Below, one piece after another: positions 1-8,684 of a DNA stretch of 50,250 bases. Source of the DNA: a virus; IMG/VR virus record IMGVR_UViG_3300045988_081576, positions 1-50,250 of that record. One strand, written 5' to 3'. The notes under the pieces were generated by a model. That model was not told where the DNA came from. It made no database searches and was given only the letters and a program-made list of their open reading frames with translations. The translations under genes and the position numbers were made by a program. Every line of letters begins with the position of its first letter. The stretch's first letter is position 1.

Positions 1-55
1 AAAGCGCTACATGACAAAGAAAGAAATGGCGTACATGTACTCCGTTTCTCAAGGT
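1..55. repeat. Terminal direct repeat; bases 1..55 are identical to 50196..50250 (circular-contig assembly overlap or terminal redundancy)
   Basis: Exact 55-nt identity read directly at both window ends; the cro-like ORF continues in frame across the junction. Confidence 0.9.
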
Positions 56-217
56 TTCATCCAGCAAGCGATTAACGCAGGAGAACTGGAAGTACGGAAC
101 GTCAGCTCTACAGGCGGAAAACGAGCAATCAGAATCAGCGTCGAAGCGGCAGATGAATTCTTCCGCTGGCGTGATGAGCAAAACCAGCGCCACTTAGAGC
201 GAGAACTCGCAGTATAA
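11..217 (+). CDS. Cro/excisionase-like helix-turn-helix DNA-binding protein (HTH_17 / AlpA-Xis family like); the true start is probably ATG 50188, which wraps the contig junction and gives a 74-aa product
   Basis: Motif SVSQGFIQQAINAGELEVRNV...GGKRAIRISVEAADEF resembles the excisionase-family HTH. Divergent from the cI-like gene. RBS AAAGGAAGCACA lies before ATG 50188 and the frame is continuous over the 55-bp overlap. Confidence 0.6.
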   Translation: MTKKEMAYMYSVSQGFIQQAINAGELEVRNVSSTGGKRAIRISVEAADEFFRWRDEQNQRHLERELAV

Positions 218-300
218 GAAATCCGGCCACACAAAGCGCGGGAACTGCCATTCCCATAAATGCACCGGGGCCGGAAGTGTCCCCAACCAAAGGAACACAC

Positions 301-1239
301 ATGCAGAATACCACATACCACATAACGCCTGGAAGCGTCGAGCACGCCAAGCTTGTGACCGGCTCCAAAATCGCCGCCATCATCGGAATCAGCCCCTACA
401 AAACCACCGTAGAACTCTGGCACCAAATGCGCGACGAAGCCGAAGCCGACGAAGTAACCGACGCAATGATGCGCGGAACAATCCAAGAAGATGGCATCCT
501 CGCCTGGTTCTTCCAAATGTTGCGCCCAGATATTGAGCAAACAAGCGGAGAAACCACCATCGCACGCCCAGATTTGCCATGGGCCGCAGCCAACCCAGAC
601 GCAGTAGGCATTGAAGACGGCAACACCATCTTTGTAGAAGCCAAAAGCATCGCACGGGCCAAGAACTCCGACGGAATCCACACCGAAGCGGACGAATGGG
701 GAGAACCGGGAACCGACGAAATCCCCCTCTACTACTACGTGCAAGTCTTGTGGCAAATGCACATGACGCACGGGCCGCAGGGCGAGAATGTCACCCGCAC
801 CTACGTAGTCAAACATGGCCCATGGGTAGACCAATATGACGTGTACCCCATCGACTACAACCCACAAATGGGCCACACGCTAGAGACAAAGACCAAAGCA
901 TTCTTTGACAGTCTCACCCTCCCACAGTGTCCATACCCTATCGAAGACCGGGCGGGGATACACAAGTTCTTCGCCAAGCTCAACCCAGACATTGAACCGG
1001 ATTATGAGTGGGAAGTCAGCCAAGACGATGCCGTGGACTACCTAACCGCCAAGACCGACCGAGCGCATGCCCAAGCCCGCGAAGATGGAGCGAAAGCCCG
1101 AATCCTCAAAGCAATGGGAACAGCTAGGACAGCCACCTGCAACGGGCACACCATCGGATACCGGCGAGCCACCAAAAAGGGCGTGAGCCTGTACCCACCC
1201 CACAACCTCCCAACCATCAACCAAATCACCACCAAGTAA
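301..1239 (+). CDS. YqaJ/lambda-Exo-like viral recombination exonuclease (PD-(D/E)XK)
   Basis: GSKIAAIIGISPYKTTVELW N-terminal motif, FVEAKS catalytic E-x-K and YYYVQVLWQM motif. Start set at ATG 301 after the conserved leader CCCCAACCAAAGGAACACAC. Followed directly by recT. Confidence 0.75.
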   Translation: MQNTTYHITPGSVEHAKLVTGSKIAAIIGISPYKTTVELWHQMRDEAEADEVTDAMMRGTIQEDGILAWFFQMLRPDIEQTSGETTIARPDLPWAAANPDAVGIEDGNTIFVEAKSIARAKNSDGIHTEADEWGEPGTDEIPLYYYVQVLWQMHMTHGPQGENVTRTYVVKHGPWVDQYDVYPIDYNPQMGHTLETKTKAFFDSLTLPQCPYPIEDRAGIHKFFAKLNPDIEPDYEWEVSQDDAVDYLTAKTDRAHAQAREDGAKARILKAMGTARTATCNGHTIGYRRATKKGVSLYPPHNLPTINQITTK

Positions 1240-1249
1240 GGAACACACC

Positions 1250-2107
1250 ATGTCTAAGGAAATTGCACGCACCCAAGACCACCTCAACGAGATGATGAAC
1301 TGGTCTCGCGCCATGAGCCAGGGAAACCTCATGCCACGCCAGTACCAGGGCAACCCCGCAAACCTCATGTTCGCAGCGGAATATGCAGATGCTTTGGGTA
1401 TCTCCCGCATCCACGTGCTTACCTCCATCGCCGTTATCAACGGCCGCCCCAGCCCATCCGCAGACTTGATGTCTGCCATGGTTCGTCAGCATGGCCACAA
1501 GCTCCGCGTCACCGGCGATGACACCTACGCCGAAGCTGTACTAATCCGCTCCGATGACCCAGATTTTGAGTACACGGCGCGGTGGGATGAAGCTAAGGCC
1601 CGTAAGGCTGGACTGTGGGGCAACAAGGGGCCATGGTCGCTCTACCCGGGCGCTATGCTGCGTGCCCGCGCCATCTCCGAGGTAGTTCGCATGGGCGCAT
1701 CTGATGTCATGGCCGGTGGAATCTACACCCCTGAAGAAGTTGGTGCGGTAGTGGATGAATCCGGCCAGGTAGTAGAGCAGCCCACCCAGTACCAGGCCAC
1801 CCGCCAGGCACCGGCGCAGCAGCAGGACAATAGTGCCCAGGCGCGTCTAGCGGATGCCCTAGGAGCCGCACCCGCTAATACCGACGGGGCGGACGTGTGG
1901 GCCGACCGCATTGCAGAAGCAAACAGTGAGGATGACCTCATGAAACTGTATGCCACCGCATCTACTAACCCTGAATGGGAATCCGCAATCAAGGCAATGT
2001 TTACCGCCCGTAAGCAGCAAATCCTTTTGGATGCGCAGTATGCGGATGAAGCGGAAGCACTCGATGCTGAATTAGTTGAGGACACCACGGAAGAATCCGC
2101 AGCCTAG
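1250..2107 (+). CDS. recT: RecT-family single-strand annealing protein
   Basis: RecT-like core (LMPRQYQGNPANLMFAAEYADALGISRIHVLTSIAVINGRPSPSADLMSAMV...PWSLYPGAMLRARAISEVVRM). RBS AAGGAACACACC precedes the start and the gene is paired with the upstream exonuclease. Confidence 0.75.
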   Translation: MSKEIARTQDHLNEMMNWSRAMSQGNLMPRQYQGNPANLMFAAEYADALGISRIHVLTSIAVINGRPSPSADLMSAMVRQHGHKLRVTGDDTYAEAVLIRSDDPDFEYTARWDEAKARKAGLWGNKGPWSLYPGAMLRARAISEVVRMGASDVMAGGIYTPEEVGAVVDESGQVVEQPTQYQATRQAPAQQQDNSAQARLADALGAAPANTDGADVWADRIAEANSEDDLMKLYATASTNPEWESAIKAMFTARKQQILLDAQYADEAEALDAELVEDTTEESAA

Positions 2108-2196
2108 CGCGGCTATAAGCGGGGAGGGGCATCCGCACACCACACCCCACCACACATACACCCGCCGCCTGCCAGCGGCTCAACCCCCAACCAACA

Positions 2197-3009
2197 ATGA
2201 TCACCTGCAAACGACCCAAGTGCACCGCAAAATCCTACACACGCGGCTATTGCCGTAAGCACGCAAAAATTACGCAAAAGCCACAACCAACCCACCAACA
2301 AATCGCGGCCACAATCGAACGCCTGCACTGGCTTGGATACACCGACCGCGAAATGTGCGACACCGCCCAAATCCATAAAGACACCGTGTACAAATTCCGT
2401 GCCGGTAAAACCCGCACTATCAGGGCGGAAACTTTCGCAAAACTCGACGCAATCACCACACCAAACCGCACCCGCACCGTGCCCACCTGGCCGTACACGC
2501 GCCGCATAAAAGCGCTCATGGCAATCGGCATACAAGCCAAGGAAATCGCCGCCGCTTGCGACACCTACCCGCGCCGAATCAGGGAAATCCTCTATGAGGA
2601 ATACCCCACCATCGCACGCGATATGGCAGACCGCATCCACACCTACTACCAAACCGCCAGCCATACCCCCTACAAAAAGCCCGTGCGACTCATCCAGGCC
2701 CGTAACTACGCCCCGCCCGCCGCATGGAATGACATTGACGATCCGGATGAACAACCAGCCGGGGCAATCACAGTGGATATGCCAAAGCGCCGCATCAAAA
2801 ACACGCCATTCCAACAGGAACGCATGAAAGCCCTCATAGCCCATTACGGAAGCATCAACGAAACCGCACGCCAGCTCAACATGACGCCTCGCACAGTTTC
2901 AGTCATTGCCAATGGTGAGCAAGCAACCATCCGCACCGCTTGCGCCGAGCGCATGTATAAGCACCACAAACAAATCTCCCAAATCTCCCAAAAGGAAACA
3001 GCAGCATGA
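2197..3009 (+). CDS. Hypothetical DNA-binding protein: N-terminal Cys/His zinc-ribbon-like segment (CKRPKC...YCRKH) followed by three approximately 45-aa HTH-like repeats
   Basis: Long ORF with phage-like codon usage. Three internal repeats (RIKALMAIGIQAKEIAAACD.. / ERMKALIAHYGSINETARQLNMTPRTVSVI / TIERLHWLGYTDREMCDTAQIHKDTVYKF) are visible in the translation. Confidence 0.6.
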   Translation: MITCKRPKCTAKSYTRGYCRKHAKITQKPQPTHQQIAATIERLHWLGYTDREMCDTAQIHKDTVYKFRAGKTRTIRAETFAKLDAITTPNRTRTVPTWPYTRRIKALMAIGIQAKEIAAACDTYPRRIREILYEEYPTIARDMADRIHTYYQTASHTPYKKPVRLIQARNYAPPAAWNDIDDPDEQPAGAITVDMPKRRIKNTPFQQERMKALIAHYGSINETARQLNMTPRTVSVIANGEQATIRTACAERMYKHHKQISQISQKETAA

Positions 3010-3341
3010 CAAACCCACTATTCACCATTGGTGACACCGACATCCGCGAAGTTGCCTACTACGCAGAAATCGCCATACACCACGGCTGGCACACCGCCGC
3101 ACACAAAGCCATGACACACCTCGCAGCAACCGGGCACCCATTCACCGCCGACGACTTCCGCGACCTCATGGGCGACCAACAGCCACACCACCCCAACGCC
3201 ATCGGCTCATTCTTCCGCGTATGCCGCAAAGACGGCCTCATACGCCCCACAGGCCTATTTGTAGATGCACGCACACCATCCCGCCACAGGGCCGCCATAC
3301 GCCAATGGGTAGGCACCCAACAAGCAATGAACGCCGCCTAA
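3006..3341 (+). CDS. Hypothetical protein
   Basis: ORF start overlaps the upstream stop (ATGA), typical of a phage operon; no recognisable motif. Confidence 0.5.
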   Translation: MTNPLFTIGDTDIREVAYYAEIAIHHGWHTAAHKAMTHLAATGHPFTADDFRDLMGDQQPHHPNAIGSFFRVCRKDGLIRPTGLFVDARTPSRHRAAIRQWVGTQQAMNAA

Positions 3342-3487
3342 ACGCAAATCACAGATTTGTAATTACGACGGCCGGTTACGCAAGTGACGGACAACGACAC
3401 CCGGCACGCATCATCACAAAAAGAAAAGCCCCGGCATGTGGAGTGCCAGGGCAACATCACCGCACACAAAATTTAGGAGCCTGTGCA

Positions 3488-3721
3488 ATGACAACACCAG
3501 AATCACACGACAACCACGTTGTCGAAGAAGAACAGCGAATCATAGACCAAGCGCTTGACGCCCTCATTGATATTCACCGCGCCGAAGCGGCGGGGGGATA
3601 CACCGTCGATTATGGCGTGGACTTTCTTTGCCGCCACACCATCCTGAATCACCACGAAGCAATCGTGCGCAAAGCATGGGATGAGTTCTACGCCGTCTAC
3701 AACCTCGATGGGGAGGCCTAA
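3488..3721 (+). CDS. Hypothetical protein (77 aa)
   Basis: RBS AGGAGC lies 6 nt upstream of ATG 3488, in frame with track ORF 3221..3721; the N-terminal part of the track ORF is a low-complexity H/P/R run. Confidence 0.45.
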   Translation: MTTPESHDNHVVEEEQRIIDQALDALIDIHRAEAAGGYTVDYGVDFLCRHTILNHHEAIVRKAWDEFYAVYNLDGEA

Positions 3722-3724
3722 ATC

Positions 3725-4558
3725 ATGAGTTGGTTTAAAGTCGATGATTCATTTTACGACCACCCAAAGTTTCTCGATGTGCCGAACGCTGCCATTGGAT
3801 TATGGGCTAAAGCGGGTGCCTGGTGTGGCAAACATTTAACCGATGGAGTCATCCCCGCAACCCAAGTGAAACTGTTCAAAGGAACGAATTCGCAAATAAA
3901 TGCGCTCATTTCGGCACACATTTGGATCGAAGATCGATCCGAAAACGGTGCGAAAGTGTATCGCTTTCATGATTGGAATGACTACCAACCCACACGCGAA
4001 CAGAAGCTAAAAGAGCGTGAAGAATCAGCCGAAAGGCAACGCAAATCACGCGAGCGAAAACGCGCTGAACAGGCACAACGTGAAAATGTCACGCGTGACT
4101 CACACGTGACACCATCCCGTGACTCACACGAATGTCACACAAGGGTGTCACAGCGCCCCGACCCGACCCGGCCCGACCCGACCCGTACTTCTAAAGAAGT
4201 ACCTAGTAGTAGAGACACCACCGCCAAGGCGGATGGTGCCAACAAACCCGCCAAGAAAAACCACCCCATCCCCGAAGACTGGATGCCCAAACAATCCACA
4301 ATCGACAAAATGCGCACCGAACGCCCAGACCTCAACCTCGAAGCCGAGCACCAGAACTTCATGGACTACTGGCAATCCATCACCGGGGCCAAAGCACGCA
4401 AAGCCGACTGGGACAAAACCTGGCTCGTCTGGATGCGCAAACAACACCAGAACGCCCCAAGGCAAAAAGCCCCAACCAACACCACCGAAGCATGGCTAGG
4501 AACCACCAACCAGCCACCCATCATCGACGCAGAACCCCAAAAGGAAATCGCATGGTAG
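3725..4558 (+). CDS. Phage replisome organizer / replication initiation protein (Phage_rep_org_N-like N-terminus); iteron-like repeats lie inside the gene
   Basis: N-terminus MSWFKVDDSFYDHPKF...GLWAKAGAWCGK resembles the replisome-organizer N-domain. The C-terminus carries a W-rich motif (DWMPKQ...FMDYWQSI...DWDKTWLVWMRKQ). GTGAC/GTCAC repeats and (CCCGA)n sit inside the coding sequence, in lambda-O-like fashion. Confidence 0.6.
   Translation: MSWFKVDDSFYDHPKFLDVPNAAIGLWAKAGAWCGKHLTDGVIPATQVKLFKGTNSQINALISAHIWIEDRSENGAKVYRFHDWNDYQPTREQKLKEREESAERQRKSRERKRAEQAQRENVTRDSHVTPSRDSHECHTRVSQRPDPTRPDPTRTSKEVPSSRDTTAKADGANKPAKKNHPIPEDWMPKQSTIDKMRTERPDLNLEAEHQNFMDYWQSITGAKARKADWDKTWLVWMRKQHQNAPRQKAPTNTTEAWLGTTNQPPIIDAEPQKEIAW
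4084..4190. repeat. Iteron-like repeat cluster (candidate origin of replication): 2x GTGACTCACACG spaced 23 bp apart, further GTGACAC/GTGTCAC copies, a TGTCACGCGTGAC palindrome, then a CCCGA(C) pentamer run
   Basis: Repeats read directly at 4084..4153 and 4156..4185, embedded in the replisome-organizer gene. Confidence 0.5.
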
Positions 4559-4992
4559 ACATCCACATCACCGCCGAAATCCTCAAACTCGGCAAAAAAC
4601 TAGCCCCCGACCGCTTCCCCAAACCAGACCCCGAAATCACCCAAGCCTGGGCCTACGCACTCAACCGCGAATACCCAACCCGCCTCTGGGCCGAATCCGT
4701 CTACCTCTGGGCCACCCAACGCGTAGAAGACAAAATGTGCACACCCCGCGACATCCTCAACGCAGCATCCGACACCGTACGCCGCTGGGAATCCAACCCC
4801 ACCGACAAACAAGAACTCGAAGCATTCAGAGCACAACGCATGCACGCGAAATACCAACAGATGCTCGGAGCCGCATACACACCACAATCAGTACCCGGCG
4901 CGCCACCACAACAAAAAGAACTCACCACACAAGGCCCAGACTTCCAAGCCCTCAAACAACGCCTAGCCAAAGCACGAAAGACAATCCAATGA
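4552..4992 (+). CDS. Hypothetical protein (146 aa), possible replication accessory protein
   Basis: ATG 4552 with RBS AAAAGGAAA, overlapping the upstream stop; in frame with track ORF 4492..4992. Confidence 0.5.
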   Translation: MVDIHITAEILKLGKKLAPDRFPKPDPEITQAWAYALNREYPTRLWAESVYLWATQRVEDKMCTPRDILNAASDTVRRWESNPTDKQELEAFRAQRMHAKYQQMLGAAYTPQSVPGAPPQQKELTTQGPDFQALKQRLAKARKTIQ

Positions 4993-5462
4993 GCTACACC
5001 GCAGTCAAATACAACCGCACCACCACGAACCTCAACCCCCAAATCTGGAACCAACCACACTTCCGCAACCTCACAGCCACAGCCCAATGGCTATACCTCC
5101 ACCTCACAACCAACCCCAACATCAACCCCGCAGGCGTACAAACCTGGCACCCCGGCCGCATCGCCGCCACAACAACCGACCTCATCCCAGACGACATCCA
5201 CCACGCCGCCCAACAACTCACCCAACACGACTACATCACCATCGACCCCCAAACCGAAGAAGTAGCCATCACCAACTACGCAACAACAAACATCTGGCTC
5301 AAAACCGCCAGCAACGGAACCAGCACCGCCCACGCCGTACAAAACACCGCCAGCCGAACCATCCGCCAAAAAATCACCAAAGAACTACAACAACTCGCCA
5401 AAGACAACCCCAACAACACCGCATACCACGGCAAAGCCATGCGAGAGCTAATAGACCAATAA
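4989..5462 (+). CDS. Hypothetical protein (157 aa)
   Basis: ATG 4989 overlaps the upstream stop (ATGA); in frame with track ORF 4737..5462, whose N-terminal extension overlaps the previous gene. Confidence 0.5.
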   Translation: MSYTAVKYNRTTTNLNPQIWNQPHFRNLTATAQWLYLHLTTNPNINPAGVQTWHPGRIAATTTDLIPDDIHHAAQQLTQHDYITIDPQTEEVAITNYATTNIWLKTASNGTSTAHAVQNTASRTIRQKITKELQQLAKDNPNNTAYHGKAMRELIDQ

Positions 5463-5599
5463 CCACAACACGCACAAAACCGCCCAAAAACAAGGCACCA
5501 ACAGCCAAACAACACCACCAAGGGGTAACTAGGCCTAGAACAATTTTCAGAGGCTTAAATCGCCATATAACACGCCACCAGGAAACATGCCCCACAAAG

Positions 5600-5628
5600 T
5601 TGCACATTGCTGTTACATCATGTAACCT
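5600..5628 (+). promoter_or_regulatory. Conserved early promoter copy A: TTGCAC, 17 bp, TAACCT, with the spacer palindrome GTTACATcATGTAAC
   Basis: -35/-10-like hexamers at 17-bp spacing. Same architecture as the sites at 7068, 11368, 15165, 17033 and 50114, followed by the conserved leader before ATG 5686. Confidence 0.5.
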
Positions 5629-5685
5629 AAACACCGAACCAACAACGGGACTGCCATCCCATCCCAACCACCGAAAGGAAACCAC

Positions 5686-5829
5686 ATGCAACACACCAAA
5701 GACTGGGCACTAGGACTCATATTCGGAACCGCCCTATTCCTCGGAATCGTATTCTTCCCTGACTACAGCGCCGACATCCAACCAACCACCAGCCACGAAA
5801 CCGCGACGGTGCACCATGTATCCAGGTAG
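5686..5829 (+). CDS. Small membrane protein (47 aa, one predicted TM helix)
   Basis: ATG 5686 preceded by the conserved leader CCCAACCACCGAAAGGAAACCAC; hydrophobic stretch LGLIFGTALFLGIVFF. Confidence 0.35.
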   Translation: MQHTKDWALGLIFGTALFLGIVFFPDYSADIQPTTSHETATVHHVSR

Positions 5830-6088
5830 GGAAACACTCATCAACTTCACCAAGCACTACGCCGATGACGTGCAAGTAGTAAGCAGCATCCGGGGCACCA
5901 ACATGGCCGCCATCAACATAGGCGACTACCACCTCGAAGTGTCTAACAGCGAAACGAGCCCAACCATCTTTTGCGATGTGTACCACCACTACACAAACAT
6001 TGGAAGCTACGCCGAAAAAGACACACAGAAACTACATGCGCTAGTCGATGGCACCATCACAGAGCACAACCACAAGCAACCGGCATAA
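5816..6088 (+). CDS. Hypothetical protein
   Basis: ORF with overlapping start/stop coupling to neighbouring genes. Confidence 0.45.
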   Translation: MYPGRETLINFTKHYADDVQVVSSIRGTNMAAINIGDYHLEVSNSETSPTIFCDVYHHYTNIGSYAEKDTQKLHALVDGTITEHNHKQPA

Positions 6089-6102
6089 AAGGGGTGCGCA
6101 CC

Positions 6103-6309
6103 ATGCCGAACATTGAAATCACATTCGCTGACGATGACGCAAACATCAACCTAAGCGACCTCGACCAAGTAGACCAAGACCACCTACTAGACGCGCTCGC
6201 AGGAAGCGTGCACGCCATCCTCGACCTCGCATTCGTCCCCGAGCAAATCGACCGGGCACGCACAGCATTCTTCCAACGATTCACCATGACATTTAAGGAA
6301 ATTAATTAA
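6103..6309 (+). CDS. Hypothetical acidic protein (68 aa)
   Basis: ATG 6103 after AAAAGGGG; stop overlaps the ssb start (TAATGG). Confidence 0.45.
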   Translation: MPNIEITFADDDANINLSDLDQVDQDHLLDALAGSVHAILDLAFVPEQIDRARTAFFQRFTMTFKEIN

Positions 6310-6800
6310 TGGCTATTGACATCATCACCATCACCGGCGGACTACCCCGCGACGCCGAGTTAAGATTCACCCCACAGGGCGCGGCCGTCACAAACTTCAC
6401 CCTCGCCAACAGTGACAACCGCTACGACGAGCAGCAAAAGAAGTGGGTTAAAACCCGCGCCATGTACCTCGATGTCACCATCTGGGATGAATCAGCCGAC
6501 CGTAATCAGAACCCCGTGCAGTGGGCACGCCTAGCATCCGAACTCAAGAAAGGCGACCAGGTAGCCATCAAAGGCAAGCTAACTACCCGCACTTGGGAAA
6601 CCAACGACGGCGAAAAGCGCTCCAAGATGGAATTCATCGCCACCAACTTCTACCGCATGCCGAATACACAGGGCACCCCGAATGGCCAGCAGGCCCAGCA
6701 GAATGTCACGCAAGGCCTAGGGGCACAGCCCGCAGATGACCCGTGGAACAGTTCACCGCAAGGTGGATTCAGTGGCACGGACGCCAACCCACCATTCTAA
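6309..6800 (+). CDS. ssb: Single-stranded DNA-binding protein
   Basis: OB-fold SSB signature (ITGGLPRDAELRFTPQGAAVTNFTLA...WVKTRAMYLDVTIWDE...GDQVAIKGKLTTRTWETNDGEKRSKMEFIA), a Gly/Gln-rich linker and the acidic C-terminal tip DANPPF. Confidence 0.85.
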   Translation: MAIDIITITGGLPRDAELRFTPQGAAVTNFTLANSDNRYDEQQKKWVKTRAMYLDVTIWDESADRNQNPVQWARLASELKKGDQVAIKGKLTTRTWETNDGEKRSKMEFIATNFYRMPNTQGTPNGQQAQQNVTQGLGAQPADDPWNSSPQGGFSGTDANPPF

Positions 6801-6812
6801 GCAGGTGATAGT

Positions 6813-7055
6813 GTGCGAATCCCAGAAACCAAGCCACGCCGCCGCAACAAGTACGAATCATTCATGAACGAGCTTGTCGCCATCGCCGGTGCCGTGCCGC
6901 AGGATGAGGCATGGTTGCCATGGCCGGGGCAGAAGAGCCTTAAGCCGCGTACCCGCAATGAGTACTGCAACCGGCTAAACAACGATGAAATGTTCGGCCC
7001 AGGTTTTGAGGGGTCGGTGCGTAATGGCTGGTTGTATGCGCGTTATGTGGGGTAG
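6813..7055 (+). CDS. Hypothetical protein (GTG start)
   Basis: GTG 6813 after AGGTGATAG; ORF only. Confidence 0.4.
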   Translation: MRIPETKPRRRNKYESFMNELVAIAGAVPQDEAWLPWPGQKSLKPRTRNEYCNRLNNDEMFGPGFEGSVRNGWLYARYVG

Positions 7056-7057
7056 TG

Positions 7058-7096
7058 TTGCACCAACTTGCATCATGTAACAACACCATGTAACAT
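7058..7096 (+). promoter_or_regulatory. Conserved early promoter copy B: TTGCAC/TTGCAT, 17 bp, TAACAT, with two ATGTAACA copies
   Basis: TTGCAT (7068), 17 bp, TAACAT (7091), followed by the GGTGTG block and leader CCCCACACCAACCAAAGGAGACACC before ATG 7146. Confidence 0.5.
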
Positions 7097-7145
7097 TAGG
7101 TGTGTTCCAAGGGGCTGCCACCCCACACCAACCAAAGGAGACACC

Positions 7146-7415
7146 ATGAACGCATACACCTGCTACAACGGCCAACTCGCAGAAGCACGCATGGAACCAA
7201 CCACCAACACGGTGACCGCACTAGTCGAAGCAACACTATGGCATGAGGACGGCACCGACAGCGTGCACACACTCACCGTCACCGCAGAATCCCTAGACTT
7301 CTTCGACATCCTCGAAGCCGTGCAAACCGGCGCATACACAACAACCAGCGACTTCGCACAGCACTACCCCGGCGTTGAGCTAGGCGACCTAGAACTAGTA
7401 GACGGTCCACTCTAA
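7146..7415 (+). CDS. Hypothetical protein (90 aa)
   Basis: ATG 7146 after the conserved leader; the upstream part of track ORF 7068..7415 covers the promoter and is unlikely to be coding. Confidence 0.5.
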   Translation: MNAYTCYNGQLAEARMEPTTNTVTALVEATLWHEDGTDSVHTLTVTAESLDFFDILEAVQTGAYTTTSDFAQHYPGVELGDLELVDGPL

Positions 7416-7438
7416 ACCCCAACCAGCCCCACAGCAAT

Positions 7439-7645
7439 GTGGGGCACCAACCAACCATGAATACTTTCACCACCACCATCATCATCACCCTGGCGCAGTT
7501 GCTCGCCATGCTGGATCAGGGCGCCGCACTACCAGCACAAGAACCCTACTGCGGCCCACACCAACGCTGGCTATACGTGCAAGAGGTAGGCATCTACGCC
7601 TGCACCAGCCCCACCTACCGACAGGAGAAGAACCACAATGACTAA
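7439..7645 (+). CDS. Hypothetical protein
   Basis: ORF; the true start may be ATG 7458. Confidence 0.4.
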   Translation: MGHQPTMNTFTTTIIITLAQLLAMLDQGAALPAQEPYCGPHQRWLYVQEVGIYACTSPTYRQEKNHND

Positions 7646-8192
7646 CCCAACCCGCCAAGAAATCCTAGACGCGCAGCTCGCCCGCCAATGGGCAGAGTGG
7701 AACAAGTCCTGTGAAGTCAGCTCGCCCGAAATTCAAGCCGCAGCTAACTTCATCCTCGCCAACACCCCAGCGCCAACGATGGCCGAGGTTGAGTGGGACT
7801 TCGATAAGCACTACCTAGCCGGGGCCGTAGACCTCGATGGGAACGAGGTAACCATGGTGGGCGTGCGGGATGGCCTTATCCGAGTTTTCGACGTAGCTGA
7901 TATAAACCGGTATTACGCGCCGGTGCTGGAAAACCCGAATCACCTCACCCCGAACAGGAAGCGATACGAACTCCGCGAAATCACCGAACCGGAGCACCCG
8001 GAGGTGCTCACAACATTGGAGGATTACGAGAACGCGCCAGCAGGCACCATCGTGGCAATCGTCCGTCACTCCCCGTACATGAAGTGCGGGCGGAATCATT
8101 GGACGAACTTTCTTGGTACTGACATCTCCGACAAGGAACTGGAAGATGTTTCCCGCAAGGTTCTTCGATGGGATTGGGGAGAGCAACCATGA
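7638..8192 (+). CDS. Hypothetical protein (184 aa)
   Basis: ORF overlapping the upstream stop; no motif recognised. Confidence 0.55.
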   Translation: MTNPTRQEILDAQLARQWAEWNKSCEVSSPEIQAAANFILANTPAPTMAEVEWDFDKHYLAGAVDLDGNEVTMVGVRDGLIRVFDVADINRYYAPVLENPNHLTPNRKRYELREITEPEHPEVLTTLEDYENAPAGTIVAIVRHSPYMKCGRNHWTNFLGTDISDKELEDVSRKVLRWDWGEQP

Positions 8193-8317
8193 CCACTCTT
8201 GATGACCTCACTCCGCAGGAGCGCGCCAACCTCGTCGGCACATGGATAACCGTGACACACAACCCCCGCCCCCTCGCCCTAGCACTACTCGCACACGCAG
8301 AAAGGATGGGCCTGTGA
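8189..8317 (+). CDS. Small hypothetical protein (42 aa) whose N-terminus is paralogous to the gene at 8684
   Basis: MTTLDDLTPQERANLVGTW compares with MTTFDDLTPLQRQELIGTW at 8684; ATG overlaps the upstream stop. Confidence 0.3.
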   Translation: MTTLDDLTPQERANLVGTWITVTHNPRPLALALLAHAERMGL

Positions 8318-8328
8318 GCATACTAACG

Positions 8329-8550
8329 ATGATCGCGTTGGTGGCAGCAGGCCTACTAGTCGGCGGCCTTAGCGCATGGCTTCTACCCAGCATATGCTGC
8401 CATCGGTGGGAACGCTGGCAAGAAGCTCAAGGGCTACTCATTACCAGCCACGACGATTGGGGTGGGAAGTCGGAAAAGCACTACCGCCGCTTTGAGCGCG
8501 AATGCACCAAGTGCGGCAAAACCCAACTACGAAAGAAAAGAGACGGATAA
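8329..8550 (+). CDS. Small membrane protein with a C-terminal CxxC zinc-ribbon-like motif
   Basis: TM helix IALVAAGLLVGGLSAWLL then CCHRW...ECTKCGK; the start may be GTG 8314. Confidence 0.35.
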   Translation: MIALVAAGLLVGGLSAWLLPSICCHRWERWQEAQGLLITSHDDWGGKSEKHYRRFERECTKCGKTQLRKKRDG

Positions 8551-8684
8551 TGGATATGAACTGCACCCAGTGCCCAGAGTGTAATGGGTACGTAGACACT
8601 GACGGAGACTCCATAGAAGATTGCATGTACGGCTCGGAACGCTGCGAAACCTGCGGCGGCTGCTACTGCGATTGGAGCTGCTAA
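8550..8684 (+). CDS. Cysteine-rich small protein (44 aa, multiple CxxC pairs)
   Basis: ATG 8550 after AAGAGACGGATA; peptide MDMNCTQCPECNGY...CETCGGCYCDWSC. Confidence 0.35.
   Translation: MDMNCTQCPECNGYVDTDGDSIEDCMYGSERCETCGGCYCDWSC

Noticed and set aside
49-876. 275-aa reverse-strand ORF overlapping the cro and exonuclease genes
   Set aside because: Antisense to well-supported + strand genes, Gly/Val/Cys-rich with atypical composition for this genome, and lacking a start context. It is a typical shadow ORF of GC-rich coding DNA.
4119-4499. 126-aa ORF, Pro/Thr-rich, inside the replisome-organizer gene
   Set aside because: Alternative frame of the repeat-containing initiator gene with no independent start signals.
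5087-5713. 208-aa + strand ORF full of H/P/R/N runs
   Set aside because: Out-of-frame overlap with the supported gene 4989..5462, and it runs through the promoter and leader cassette. Low-complexity translation of C/A-rich DNA.
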